64,000 bases of DNA from Candidatus Eiseniibacteriota bacterium (lineage in GTDB: Bacteria > Eisenbacteria > RBG-16-71-46 > CAZAMP01), in the NCBI GenBank assembly GCA_965224245.1, contig OZ245046.1, positions 3,712,001 through 3,776,000 of the forward strand. The letters run 5' to 3'. The position numbers and the translations under genes are program-made. Shown piece after piece: positions 49,521-59,700 of the stretch. Below the pieces are notes generated by a model, which ran no database searches, was not told the origin of the DNA, and was given only the letters and a program-made list of their open reading frames with translations. Each line of letters starts with the position of its first letter. Position 1 is the stretch's first letter.

Positions 49521-50770
49521 TCGTCGGACTCCAGAAGCTCGACGGCCAGGTCGGCCGCCTTGGACACCACGACCTCGAGCTCGGCCCCGGTGGGGGCGTA
49601 GCGGCGCCGCACGTCGGCCAGGGGGCGTTCCACGTCGCGGATGGCCTCGGACACGCGATCGGCGACACCGTCGCCGGCGAGGATCTCGCCCGCGATCTCC
49701 CGGACCTCGCCGGCGATCGTGGGCGTCCGGGACGCTCGCGCCGCCACCGGCGGGCGGGTCGCGACGGTCACGCTCTCGACGACGACGAACCCGCCCTCGT
49801 CGGTGAGGTCGCGCTCGACGTCGCGCAGCACGTCGTCCAGACATCCCGGGACCGCCAGTGCCCGGTGCACCGGCCCCTCGCCGGAGATCCGGAGGCACGC
49901 GACCAGCGAGCGGCCGGCCGCGTGGCGGCGCGCGCGCAGCTCGTCGGTGATGCGCCCGACGAGGAACGTCGCGTCGTCCAGCCCCTCGATCGTGACCTCG
50001 ACCGCCTCCCAGCGGACGACGTCCAGCGGCACGAACTCGGGCTCGGGTACGCCGCCTCGGACGCGCACGACGAGGCACCCGCGGGGACCCCGCTCCTTGC
50101 GATGCCGGCCCTGCGGCGTACCCGCGTACACGACGAGGGGATCGGCCCGGCGCAGGACGCTCGGCGCGTGCACGTGTCCGAGCGCCCAGTAGTCGAACCC
50201 CGAGGTCGTCAGGTCCGAGAGCGTGCACGGCGCGTACGGACGGTGATCGGTATCGCCGTCCACGTTGGTGTGCAGGAGCCCGATCGCGAACGGCTCGGTC
50301 CCACGGCGAAAGCGCAGCGCCAGGTTGTCGACGACCTCGCGCCGCGTGAACGAGATCCCGTGGATCCGCGCGACCTCGAGCCCGCCCCGGCGGAGCGGCA
50401 CCGACGAGACCCGGCCGCCGAACACGTGAACCCCGGCGCCCCATCCCCGGGTGGAGCCCGGCGAGAGCGGATCGTGGTTGCCGTGCACGACGAACGACGG
50501 GATGCCGCGCGCCGCCAGCGCACTCAGTCGTTCCCGGAATCGGTGCTCGGCCCGGAGGCTCCGGTCGTCGGCGTCGAACACGTCGCCGGCGATCAGGAGC
50601 GCATCGGCGCCGACGCGCTCGCAGAGGGCCACGACGGCGTCGAACGCGGCGAACGTCGCGTCGACGAGCGCGGCCTGCACGTGAGGGTTCGACTGCCGCC
50701 CCAGCCCCACGAACGGGCTGTCCAGGTGCAGATCCGCGGCGTGGACGAACGTGAAGTCGGTCGCGCTCAC
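49517..50770 (-). CDS. YhaO-family Mre11/SbcD-like metallophosphoesterase nuclease
   Basis: HAADLHLDSPF, IAGDVFD, HGNHD, LLH, YWALGHVH, GTPQGRH. GTGA overlap with the ATPase gene. Confidence 0.92.
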   Translation of the reverse strand: MSATDFTFVHAADLHLDSPFVGLGRQSNPHVQAALVDATFAAFDAVVALCERVGADALLIAGDVFDADDRSLRAEHRFRERLSALAARGIPSFVVHGNHDPLSPGSTRGWGAGVHVFGGRVSSVPLRRGGLEVARIHGISFTRREVVDNLALRFRRGTEPFAIGLLHTNVDGDTDHRPYAPCTLSDLTTSGFDYWALGHVHAPSVLRRADPLVVYAGTPQGRHRKERGPRGCLVVRVRGGVPEPEFVPLDVVRWEAVEVTIEGLDDATFLVGRITDELRARRHAAGRSLVACLRISGEGPVHRALAVPGCLDDVLRDVERDLTDEGGFVVVESVTVATRPPVAARASRTPTIAGEVREIAGEILAGDGVADRVSEAIRDVERPLADVRRRYAPTGAELEVVVSKAADLAVELLESDE

Positions 50771-51501
50771 AGGTCGATCCGGTGCAGCATCTCGCGCGAA
50801 CGGTCCTTGCCCCAGTACTCCTCTTCGGGCGAGGACGAGCGCGAGACGAAGAGCGCCACGCCGATCAGGTACGCGTAGAGCGCGCACACGAAGGACAGCG
50901 AGACCCACCACGGCAGCTGGCCCAGCCACATCGCGTCCAGCAATGCGCTGGGCGAACCGTGCGTGGGCACGTGGTGCATGGTCAGCTTCAGGATCCAGCA
51001 GACGGCTAGGAGGACGAACAGCGGGACGTAGTTCCGCATCAGCCGCGCCCGGAGCGCCTCGTGGTAGGTGATCTTGAAGGCCGGATGGAGGAGATCCTCG
51101 GCCACGAGCGCGCCCCATGCGGAGATCGGGCTCTCGAGATCCCGCCTGAGGATGGGTCCCATGAAGTTCTCCTCCAGCATCCGCGTGCGGGCACGCCAGA
51201 CGTCGAAGAAGCGGAATCGCCGGGCCTCGATCGACAGGTACGTCATCACCAGCGCCATCCCGGCCAGGATGCCCGCATGCGAGTGCGTGGGGTCGGAGAG
51301 GCTGAACGTGACGAGACCCATGACCGAGATGATCGACCAGTTCGTCGTCGTGTCCAGCCGGATGCGCCAGAGCGTGGCGCGGTGAAGCTCTCCGCGATAG
51401 AAGTGCACGAGCGCCGAGATGTACTCCGCTCGCGAGAGCGGCGTCTTCTCGAAGTCGGGTACCGAGATGTCCTTGTCTTCGCCGGGATACCGATCCACCA
51501 T
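50767..51501 (-). CDS. DUF2270 family membrane protein
   Basis: HFYRGELHRATLWRIRLDTTTNWS, IEARRFRFFDVWRAR, EALRARLMRNY. Confidence 0.85.
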   Translation of the reverse strand: MVDRYPGEDKDISVPDFEKTPLSRAEYISALVHFYRGELHRATLWRIRLDTTTNWSIISVMGLVTFSLSDPTHSHAGILAGMALVMTYLSIEARRFRFFDVWRARTRMLEENFMGPILRRDLESPISAWGALVAEDLLHPAFKITYHEALRARLMRNYVPLFVLLAVCWILKLTMHHVPTHGSPSALLDAMWLGQLPWWVSLSFVCALYAYLIGVALFVSRSSSPEEEYWGKDRSREMLHRIDL

Positions 51502-51535
51502 GCCGTACGCGTCTCTCTTCCGTCTGCTCGCGGCG

Positions 51536-52201
51536 CTAGGGCAGCGAGATCCCGACCCGGATGGGGATCATCCGCATGGAGCCACCGTCGGCGTTGATCA
51601 CGACGAACATCAGCTCGCCCCACAGCCCCGCGTTCTCGCCAAGTGGAAACCGGGCGCCCGCCCCCAGATGCACGCCGATCCCGCTGTCGTCGGGGATCAC
51701 GAGATCGGCCGGATCGACCTGGTCGGCGATCCCGGTGTCGCCGGGATCGGTGATGACGATGGCGTCGACGACCCAGTCGTAGTAACCGAGACCGCCTTTG
51801 AGGTACCCGACCGTCGAGCGATCGATCGGGTAGTCCCAGATCGCGCTGACCGTGAAGCCGAGCGTCTCGATCTGGCCGCCTCGGAGGAACCGATCCGGAT
51901 CGCTGGGGATGATCTCGCGGGACGCGAAGAAGTCGCGCGCGTCGACGTCGTTGGCGGCGTACTCCACCGAGCCCTCGATGCTGAGCCGCTCGCCGATGCG
52001 ATAGCGGAGCCCGCCGTACACGTCGAGCCCGGCGCGCCGGGACGTGGCCTGCGGGGCGTCGCCGGTCAGCGTCAGGTAGCCGACGCCGCCGACCCCGTGC
52101 AGCTTCCCCCCGGCCGCGGCGGCCTCGCGCCCCCCACCGGCGAGAATGGCCGACACGAAGAGACCGATCCCGATGCTCGATCGAATGGCGCGTGTGGTCA
52201 T
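51536..52201 (-). CDS. Outer-membrane beta-barrel protein (small OmpA/OmpW-like barrel)
   Basis: Signal peptide from MTTRAIRS; alternating beta strands (YLKGGLGYY, GVHLGAGARF, IPIRVGISL). Confidence 0.7.
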   Translation of the reverse strand: MTTRAIRSSIGIGLFVSAILAGGGREAAAAGGKLHGVGGVGYLTLTGDAPQATSRRAGLDVYGGLRYRIGERLSIEGSVEYAANDVDARDFFASREIIPSDPDRFLRGGQIETLGFTVSAIWDYPIDRSTVGYLKGGLGYYDWVVDAIVITDPGDTGIADQVDPADLVIPDDSGIGVHLGAGARFPLGENAGLWGELMFVVINADGGSMRMIPIRVGISLP

Positions 52202-52447
52202 CGCCCCTCTCCCAAGGTCCTTCCCCCGGCGGCCGGCGTCGTGGCGCGGGCGCGCACCGACGGGCCGTAGCATACGTGGCACAGGCCCGTGGTGCCAGCG
52301 GTCACGCCGGGTTCCGACCGGTGGTCCGCACGCGCGCTGGGCCCGCGGACCGAACGGCCGCTCGTGCCCCAGGGCGCGTGATCCCGTAGAATGCGGCACC
52401 GTTTCGGCGGAGGCGCGGCCGCGACGCGCCCCGTCTGGAGGTGCGCC

Positions 52448-53725
52448 GTGCGGATCGCCATGCTCGTCTACAACGACTTCGTCGCGGACATCCGCGTCCA
52501 CAAGGAAGCGCGCGACCTGACGGCCGCGGGCCACGAGGTCCTCGTGGTGGCGACGCGCTCGCGGGCGAGCCTCCCCGAGCACGAGGTCACCTCCGCAGGC
52601 TACGAGGTCCGCCGCGTGCCGATCTCGGCGCGCTGGCGCACCGAGCTCCGGGGTCCCCTCGATCGCGTGGCCGACCGCCCGACGTCCTGGTTGGGCCGGG
52701 CCGTGGACGCCGTGAGGCAGAATCCCGTGCGGCGCCGAATCGTCGCCGATCGCAACCGGAAGCGATTCGGGAACGGCGCCCGTGAGGTCGTGGCAGCGTG
52801 GCGACCGGACGCCGTGCACGCACACGATCTCGACACGCTGGAAGCCGGCGTCGATCTCGGACGCCGGCTCCCGACCCCCGTCGTCTACGACTCGCACGAG
52901 CTCTGGCGGGCCAACAACTTCATCCAGAAGCTGCCCGGGAGGTACCGGCGGCGCTGGCAGCGCCTCGAGACCGAGCTCGTGGGGCGGGTCGACGCGATCA
53001 TCCTGACCACCGAGGGACGGGCCGAGCAGTTCCGGCAGTGGTATCCCGGCACCGATCCCATCGTGGTCATGAACTGCCAGGACGGCGCCCCGACGCCGCG
53101 GACGCGCTGGCTCTGCGAGCGCCTGCCGATCGGCGACGACGCGCGAGTGCTGATCTACCAGGGTCTCGTGCACCGGGATCGCGGTGTGTTCGTCGCGCTG
53201 GACGCGCTGGAGCGGCTGGGGCCGCCGTACGTTTACGTGGCGATCGGCCCCGGCGGCGACGTGGCCGAGCTCCGGCGCGAGATCGAGCGTCGCGGCCTCT
53301 CCGATCGCGCATTCGTCCTGGACCCGGTCTCGCACGACGACCTGGCCGACGTGACCGCCTCGGCCGACATCGGCCTCAGCCTGGTCCAGAACACGAGCCT
53401 CAGCTACTACCTGTCGGCACCCAACAAGCTGTTCGAGTTCATGCGGGCCGGGCTTCCCATCGTGGCCAGCGACTTCCCCGAGGTGCGGCGCGTGTTCGAG
53501 GGAGGCGACCTGGGCGAGCTCGTGGATCCGGCGAGCGCCGACGCGGTCGTGGAGGCCGTCCGGCGCATCGACGCGGATCCGGACCGGGCCTCGCGCATCG
53601 AGCGCGACGCTCACCGGCTCCTCTCCGAGCGGTACAGCTGGCGAGCCCAGATGCACAGCGTGCTCGTGATCTACGAGTGGCTCGCCTCCCGCTCGGGCGC
53701 GCGCGCCGCGCGGACCGATGGCTGA
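52448..53725 (+). CDS. Glycosyltransferase family 4
   Basis: GTG after GGAGG; DIRVHKEA, HAHDL, VYDSHE, YQG, PNKLFEFMRAGLPIVASD. Confidence 0.9.
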   Translation: MRIAMLVYNDFVADIRVHKEARDLTAAGHEVLVVATRSRASLPEHEVTSAGYEVRRVPISARWRTELRGPLDRVADRPTSWLGRAVDAVRQNPVRRRIVADRNRKRFGNGAREVVAAWRPDAVHAHDLDTLEAGVDLGRRLPTPVVYDSHELWRANNFIQKLPGRYRRRWQRLETELVGRVDAIILTTEGRAEQFRQWYPGTDPIVVMNCQDGAPTPRTRWLCERLPIGDDARVLIYQGLVHRDRGVFVALDALERLGPPYVYVAIGPGGDVAELRREIERRGLSDRAFVLDPVSHDDLADVTASADIGLSLVQNTSLSYYLSAPNKLFEFMRAGLPIVASDFPEVRRVFEGGDLGELVDPASADAVVEAVRRIDADPDRASRIERDAHRLLSERYSWRAQMHSVLVIYEWLASRSGARAARTDG

Positions 53726-54507
53726 TGGTCCGGCGCTACCAGCACTCGATCTTCGCGCGCCAGTACGACCTCAGCGAGGGCGACGCGTCCCACCTCGGCG
53801 ATCGGGAGTGGTACGCGTCGCATCTCGCCGGGATCGGCGGACCTCTGCTCGAGATCGGCGCCGGCACCGGGCGCGTCACGCGAACGCTCGTGGCCGCCGG
53901 GGCGTCGGTGATCGCGCTCGACCTGGGCGTGCCGATGCTCCGGATCCTCGGGGAGCACCTGTCCGCGCGGGGGCTGGCGTGTGTCCGCGTCGCGGGCGAC
54001 TGCCGGCGCCTGCCGTTTCGCGGCGGGTCCGCGGCGTCGGCCGAGCCGATGTCGGGCGCGTTCTCGGCGTACAACTCGCTCGGGTGTCTTCTGGATCGAG
54101 CCTCGCTGGCGGCCGCGTTCACCGAGATCCGGCGCGTGCTGCGGCCGGGTGCCCCGCTGCTGTTCGACGTGGCCGATCATCGCCCGGGCGATCTCTCCAC
54201 CGAGCCCAGGACGTTCGACTGGGAGACCTGGACCCACGAGGACGGCACGTGCATCCGGCGCCGCACGACGCTGCGCCACGACGAGCGGGCCGAGTGCATC
54301 CGGCTGCGCTACGACTTCCGCTGGCTGGACGCCGGAGGGAACTCCGGCGACGAGAAGGTTGCGTTCGCGCTCAACACCTGGTCGCCGAGCGTGTACGTGG
54401 ATTCGCTGCGTGCGGCCGGGTTCGCGGTGCTCGGCGTCGAGGATCGGACGCTCGAGGGTCGACAGGGTCGTGAGCGCATGTGGGCGTTCGTCCGGGCGAG
54501 CGCGTAG
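53725..54507 (+). CDS. Class I SAM-dependent methyltransferase
   Basis: TGATG coupling to the upstream gene; LLEIGAGTGRV, IALDL, GDCRRLPF, VLRPGAPLLFD. Confidence 0.85.
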   Translation: MVRRYQHSIFARQYDLSEGDASHLGDREWYASHLAGIGGPLLEIGAGTGRVTRTLVAAGASVIALDLGVPMLRILGEHLSARGLACVRVAGDCRRLPFRGGSAASAEPMSGAFSAYNSLGCLLDRASLAAAFTEIRRVLRPGAPLLFDVADHRPGDLSTEPRTFDWETWTHEDGTCIRRRTTLRHDERAECIRLRYDFRWLDAGGNSGDEKVAFALNTWSPSVYVDSLRAAGFAVLGVEDRTLEGRQGRERMWAFVRASA

Positions 54508-54520
54508 GGCCGTCGCGAGG

Positions 54521-55906
54521 TTAGCCGTCGAGCGGTGGAATGAGTGGCGAGGGCGCATCGCGAGGCGGCGTGGTCCATCCGTCCAGCCGGCGAGACATCC
54601 ACCAGCCCACCGGTCCCTCGCCGAGATAGAGCACGGCGAGAGGTAGGAGCTTCAGCAGCCCGCGTTTCGCGGTGTTGTCGATGCTCGCCGCCGGCACCAC
54701 CGTCGCCATGGCCCACATTCCCGCGAGCACCACCAGCACCCAGAGGAGATAGGTGATCGCGCGTGCGCTTCGGAACACGACGACGCCAATGGCCACGCCC
54801 ACTCCCAGAAGGATCGGGACCGAGCCGTAGAGCTCGGAGGCACCCACCAGCCGGAGAAGCCGAGCGCCTGTCGGCAGCCAGTCGGCAGGCAGCCAGGTCC
54901 AGTCGAGGGTCGTCGTCCCCGGCTGGTCGAGAACGAGGGGAATGTAGAGGCCGTGCCAGACGGCCACCGCGATCGCCGGTCCCACGAGCAGCCCGCCAAA
55001 CGCACGGAGACGCGGGGACTTGCCTTGGACACGGGGCGCGAGAGACACGCTCGCGGCCGCCCCGACGACGACCAGGGCGATCGTCTCGGAGCGTGTCCAC
55101 GTCGCCAGTCCGAAGAACAGCGACGCGAGGACCAGCCGCCGATCGGGCGTCGCACCTCCCTCGGCCCAGTCGTGGACGAAGCCGACACCCATCGCCAGGA
55201 AGACGGCGTTCGCCAGATCCGTCGACACGAGCCACGAGCTCGAGAACCAGAGGGGCGCCGACACGAGAACGGACACCAGAACCGCTGCCACCGCGGGATG
55301 ACTCCGGTCTCTCAATCGTCCCCAGCCCCAGAGCGCCGCGGCGGCGAAGAGCAGCCCCGGCCACAGCTTCCCTTCCGGCAGCCCGGCGAGCCGGAACGCG
55401 ACCTGCATGAGGGCGCTGAACGGGGCGTAGAACGGCTGGTTCGACCGGTAACCGTCCAGGGCCGGCCCGAACACCTGTGAGTCGAGGGTCCCGTCCGCCA
55501 GAGCTTGCTTGGCCACGAGATCCATCCCCAGGATCGCGTCCTGGAAGATCACCGGCGTGGCGAGGTTCTGATGGAGACTGAGAACGATCATCGGGACGAC
55601 CACGAGCATGGCGACTGCATCCGCCGGGTGCGGTGACCGAGATCGTCGATCGGGGCACGACGGAATCCCGCGTGCGACGAGCAACAGGGCGAGACCGCTC
55701 ATGAGAAGCAACGCGCCCAGGACCTGATCCGGTCGTCCGAGCGAGAGCCCGATGAGATCCAGACCGAGAATCCCGATCGAGACGCCACCCATGCCCAGTG
55801 CTCCGGACAGACCCAGTCGTTCGAGCCGGGAAGCGGAGGGGCACAGCCGGCGAACCGCCGCCGCCCCACAGACCCCGATGGCGAGCAGCAGCATGACGAG
55901 GCTCAC
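54521..55906 (-). CDS. Polytopic membrane protein, possibly GT-C-type glycosyltransferase
   Basis: More than 10 hydrophobic segments; loop PVIFQDA...YAPF; STDL and ATWTRSE motifs. Confidence 0.6.
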   Translation of the reverse strand: MSLVMLLLAIGVCGAAAVRRLCPSASRLERLGLSGALGMGGVSIGILGLDLIGLSLGRPDQVLGALLLMSGLALLLVARGIPSCPDRRSRSPHPADAVAMLVVVPMIVLSLHQNLATPVIFQDAILGMDLVAKQALADGTLDSQVFGPALDGYRSNQPFYAPFSALMQVAFRLAGLPEGKLWPGLLFAAAALWGWGRLRDRSHPAVAAVLVSVLVSAPLWFSSSWLVSTDLANAVFLAMGVGFVHDWAEGGATPDRRLVLASLFFGLATWTRSETIALVVVGAAASVSLAPRVQGKSPRLRAFGGLLVGPAIAVAVWHGLYIPLVLDQPGTTTLDWTWLPADWLPTGARLLRLVGASELYGSVPILLGVGVAIGVVVFRSARAITYLLWVLVVLAGMWAMATVVPAASIDNTAKRGLLKLLPLAVLYLGEGPVGWWMSRRLDGWTTPPRDAPSPLIPPLDG

Positions 55907-56556
55907 GGTCTCGCCGCCTCGCCGGCGTACTCGTGCCGGACGGCGGCCCGGTCGTCGGCGTCACTCAGCTCGGCAATGGCCAGGGATGGACGACCGTCGC
56001 CCGCCACCACGACGACGGCGGCTGTGGCGGTATCGGTGCGAGGACCTCGGAGAAGAACGCAGCGCACGGGTCCCGCCACGTAGAAGACCCACCGCGGGGT
56101 GGCCCACAGCACGTCCGAGGACGGAAACCACCGCCGCAGGTACGGAGTCGGCGGGAGCAGCAGCGTCTCGGACGAGTCGATCTGCGTGCCCACGAAGCGG
56201 GCGGCTCTCTCGTTGAACCCCAGGTATCGCTCGCGCCACGCGATCGGATCGCGCCACTGATCGGCGATCGACGTGACCGAGAGATCTCGACATTGCGCGG
56301 TCAAGCGGTGCCGAATGACCTGCTGGTCGGGCAGCAGCGCGTAGATGGAGACACAGGCCGCAGCCACCGCGGCGGAAGACCACCGAGAGCGCCGGGCGCG
56401 GACGAGCACGTTCCGGATGTCTGGCGCCCGCTTCCGCGACGATCTCGTGATGGTGCCCTCTCCTCGGTGCCGTTCGACCCGCAAGGTCGGGCATCGTCGC
56501 ACCGTGAGCCTGATCGGTCGGTACACGCCGCGGTCCGAAGTGCTCGCTGCGCGCAC
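55903..56556 (-). CDS. Hypothetical membrane-anchored protein (start uncertain)
   Basis: The stop overlaps the downstream GTG; one hydrophobic segment (AAVAAACVSIYALL). No recognised family. Confidence 0.4.
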   Translation of the reverse strand: MRAASTSDRGVYRPIRLTVRRCPTLRVERHRGEGTITRSSRKRAPDIRNVLVRARRSRWSSAAVAAACVSIYALLPDQQVIRHRLTAQCRDLSVTSIADQWRDPIAWRERYLGFNERAARFVGTQIDSSETLLLPPTPYLRRWFPSSDVLWATPRWVFYVAGPVRCVLLRGPRTDTATAAVVVVAGDGRPSLAIAELSDADDRAAVRHEYAGEAARP

Positions 56557-56665
56557 GGATTCTCACACGAATGCACCGTGAGGAGAAGACCGGTGTATCT
56601 CTCTCCAACGTACTGGCGGCCCCCGCCGGCAGGGCAATGCTCGTTGGTGCCCCCCACGCCGACCC

Positions 56666-56674
56666 TGCTATCAT
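56666..56674 (+). promoter_or_regulatory. Extended -10 promoter element upstream of mfd
   Basis: TGcTATCAT ends 26 nt upstream of the mfd ATG. Confidence 0.4.
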
Positions 56675-56700
56675 TCGGTCCGCTCCAACCGAGGCCCTCG

Positions 56701-59700
56701 ATGACGCAATCGACGCGCGATCACATCCTGGCCCGCGCCGCCGACGATCCCGGCTTTCGCCGGCTCCGGAAGCTCGTGCGCGCTTCCGGGGAGTCCATTC
56801 TTCTCGCCGGCGCCCGCGGCGGCTCGCGCTCGATCGGCGTGGCCCTCTCCATTCGCGAGACCGAGCGCCCGCACCTCGTGATCACGCAGGACCTGCCCCG
56901 CGCCCAGTCGCTCCGGCAGGACCTGACCTATCTCCTCGACGACGTCCCGGTCGAGCTCTTCCCGGAGATCGACATCGGCGTCTACACGCACGGCATCGCC
57001 GGCATGGGCGTTCGCGCCGCGCGGCTGGAGGCGCTCTCCGCACTGGCGAAGGGATCTCTCCGCGTGCTCGTGGCCCCGCTCGAGGCGGTGCTCCTGCGCG
57101 TGCCGCGGCCCGCGCACGTCGAGCGGCACCAGCTCACGCTGGCCGTGGGAACCGAGACCCCGCTCGACGACATCCTCGTCGCGCTGGACGACCTCGGCTA
57201 CCAGCACCGGCCGATGGTCGAGGAGCACGGCGACTACAGCCGCCGCGGCGGGATCGTCGACTTCTACAGCTTCGGACAGGACAACCCGATCCGGATCGAG
57301 CTGGACGGCGACGAGGTGGCCAGTATCCGCGCGTTCGACGTGGGCACGCAGCGCTCGGTGGCCACGATGGATGCGATCACGGTCCTGCCCACCGACGAGA
57401 TCCGGCTCACGGTGGCCGAGCTCGAGGAGGCGCGCGAGCGGCTGGAGGGTCTGCACCCCGAGGGAGCCGAGGGTGCCGACCGGCTGATCGACGACCTCGC
57501 GTCGCGCCGCGACGTGGAGGGCGCGAACTGGCTGGGCGGACTCTTCCCCGATCACCTGGGCACGCTCTTCGACTACTTCCCCGACGACACCCTCGTCGTG
57601 GTGGACGGACCGAAGACGCTTCTCGACACGATCGACGGGCACGAGTCGGACTACCGGCAGTCCTACGACGACGAGGTCAACCGCGGGCGGTTCTTCGCCG
57701 CCCCCGAGGCGAACTTCCTCTTCCGCCAGGACTTCACGACGCGGCTGATCCGCTTCGATCAGCTGATCCTGCCCGGTCCGACCGACGAGAAGGACCGGGG
57801 CGTGGGCAAGGCGGGACTCACCGGCGTCGCCGTGAACTCGCTTCCGTCGGAGGGCTTCGGGCGCAACATGAACCTCCTCCGCGAGTCCGTCGACGCGCAT
57901 CGGAAGGCCTCGCGCGACGTCTACATCCTCTGCGAGTCCGACGCGCACCGCGAGCGGCTCGACGAGCTCCTCGAAGACAACCCCGCTCACGTCGACGTGG
58001 GCAGCCTCGGCGAGGGGTTCACGCTCCCCGACGTCGGCTTCGCGGTGATCGTCGACCACGAGATCTGGGGCCGGCAGCGCCGATCCCGCCAGCGCTCGCG
58101 CCGGTTCAAGCGCGGGCTGCTCCCGCAGGAGCTCCAGTCGCTGAAGCCCGGCGACTACGTCGTCCACATCGAGCACGGCATCGGCACCTATCGCGGCGTC
58201 GAGCACCTCGACCTCGGCGGCCACGTGACCGACTGTCTCCTGATCGAGTACGCGCGCGGCGACAAGCTCTACGTCCCCGCCGACCAGCTGGACCTGATTC
58301 AGCGCTACTCGGCGGGCGAGGGCGCCAAGCCCACCGTGAACACGATCGGCGGCACCGGCTGGCAGAAGCTCAAGAGCCGGGTCAAGAAGCGCATCAAGAT
58401 CATGGCCGAGGAGCTGATCCAGACCTACGCGAAGCGCCGCGCGCATCCGGGCCACGCGTTCGCGCCGGACACCGGCTGGCAGTACGAGATGGAGGCGGCG
58501 TTTCCGTACGACGAGACGCCCGATCAGCTCTCGGCCATCGCCGACGTCAAGAAGGACATGGAGTCGTCGCGTCCGATGGATCGTCTGGTCTGCGGCGACG
58601 TCGGCTTCGGGAAGACCGAGGTGGCCATCCGCGCCGCGTTCAAGGCGGTCATGGACGGCAAGCAGGTGGCCATCCTGGTCCCGACGACGCTCCTGGCCGA
58701 GCAGCACCTCGAGACGTTCCAGGAGCGCATGAAGAGCTTCCCGATCAAGATCGACATGATGAGCCGCTTCCGCACCACCAGGCAGCTCGCCGCCACCGCC
58801 GAGCTGGTGGCCACCGGCAAGGTCGACGTTCTCATCGGCACGCACCGCATCCTGTCCAAGGACGTCAACTTCAAGGACCTCGGCCTCCTCGTGATCGACG
58901 AGGAGCAGCGCTTCGGCGTCCGGCACAAGGAGGTGCTGAAGAAGCTCCGCTCCCAGGTCGACGTGCTGACCCTGACCGCCACGCCGATCCCGCGCACGCT
59001 CCACATGTCGCTGATGGGTGCGCGGGACATGTCCACCATCAACACGCCACCCCGCGACCGGTTGCCGGTGCACACCGAGATCGTGAACTTCGGCGAGGAC
59101 GTGATCGTGGAGTCGCTCCTCGGCGAGGCCGACCGCGGCGGCCAGGCGTTCTTCGTGCACAACCGCGTGCAGACGATCCAGGAGATGGGCATCTATCTGT
59201 CGAAGCTCGTGCCGGAGCTCCGGATCGGGATCGCGCACGGACAGATGCCCGAGCGTCAGATCGAGCGCATCATGCTCGACTTCCACGCCCGCAAGTACGA
59301 CGTCCTCCTGACCACGATGATCATCGAGAGCGGGCTCGATATCCCGTCGGTGAACACGATCCTGATCAACCGCGCCGATGCGTTCGGGCTCGGACAGCTC
59401 TACCAGCTCCGCGGCCGCGTGGGGCGCTCGGCCCGGAAGGCGCACGCGTTTCTGCTCGTCCCGCGCGACCAGGCGCTGACCGAGACCGCGCAGAAGCGCC
59501 TCCGCGTGATCGACGAGCTGGAGGAGCTGGGCTCGGGCTTCCAGCTCGCGATGCGCGACCTCGAGATCCGCGGCGCGGGCAACATGCTCGGCGGGGAGCA
59601 GAGCGGCTTCATCGTGAACGTCGGGTTCGACATGTACTGCCGTCTCCTCGACGAGGCGGTCCGCGAGCTCAAGGGACTGCCGCTGGAGGACGGTCAGAAG

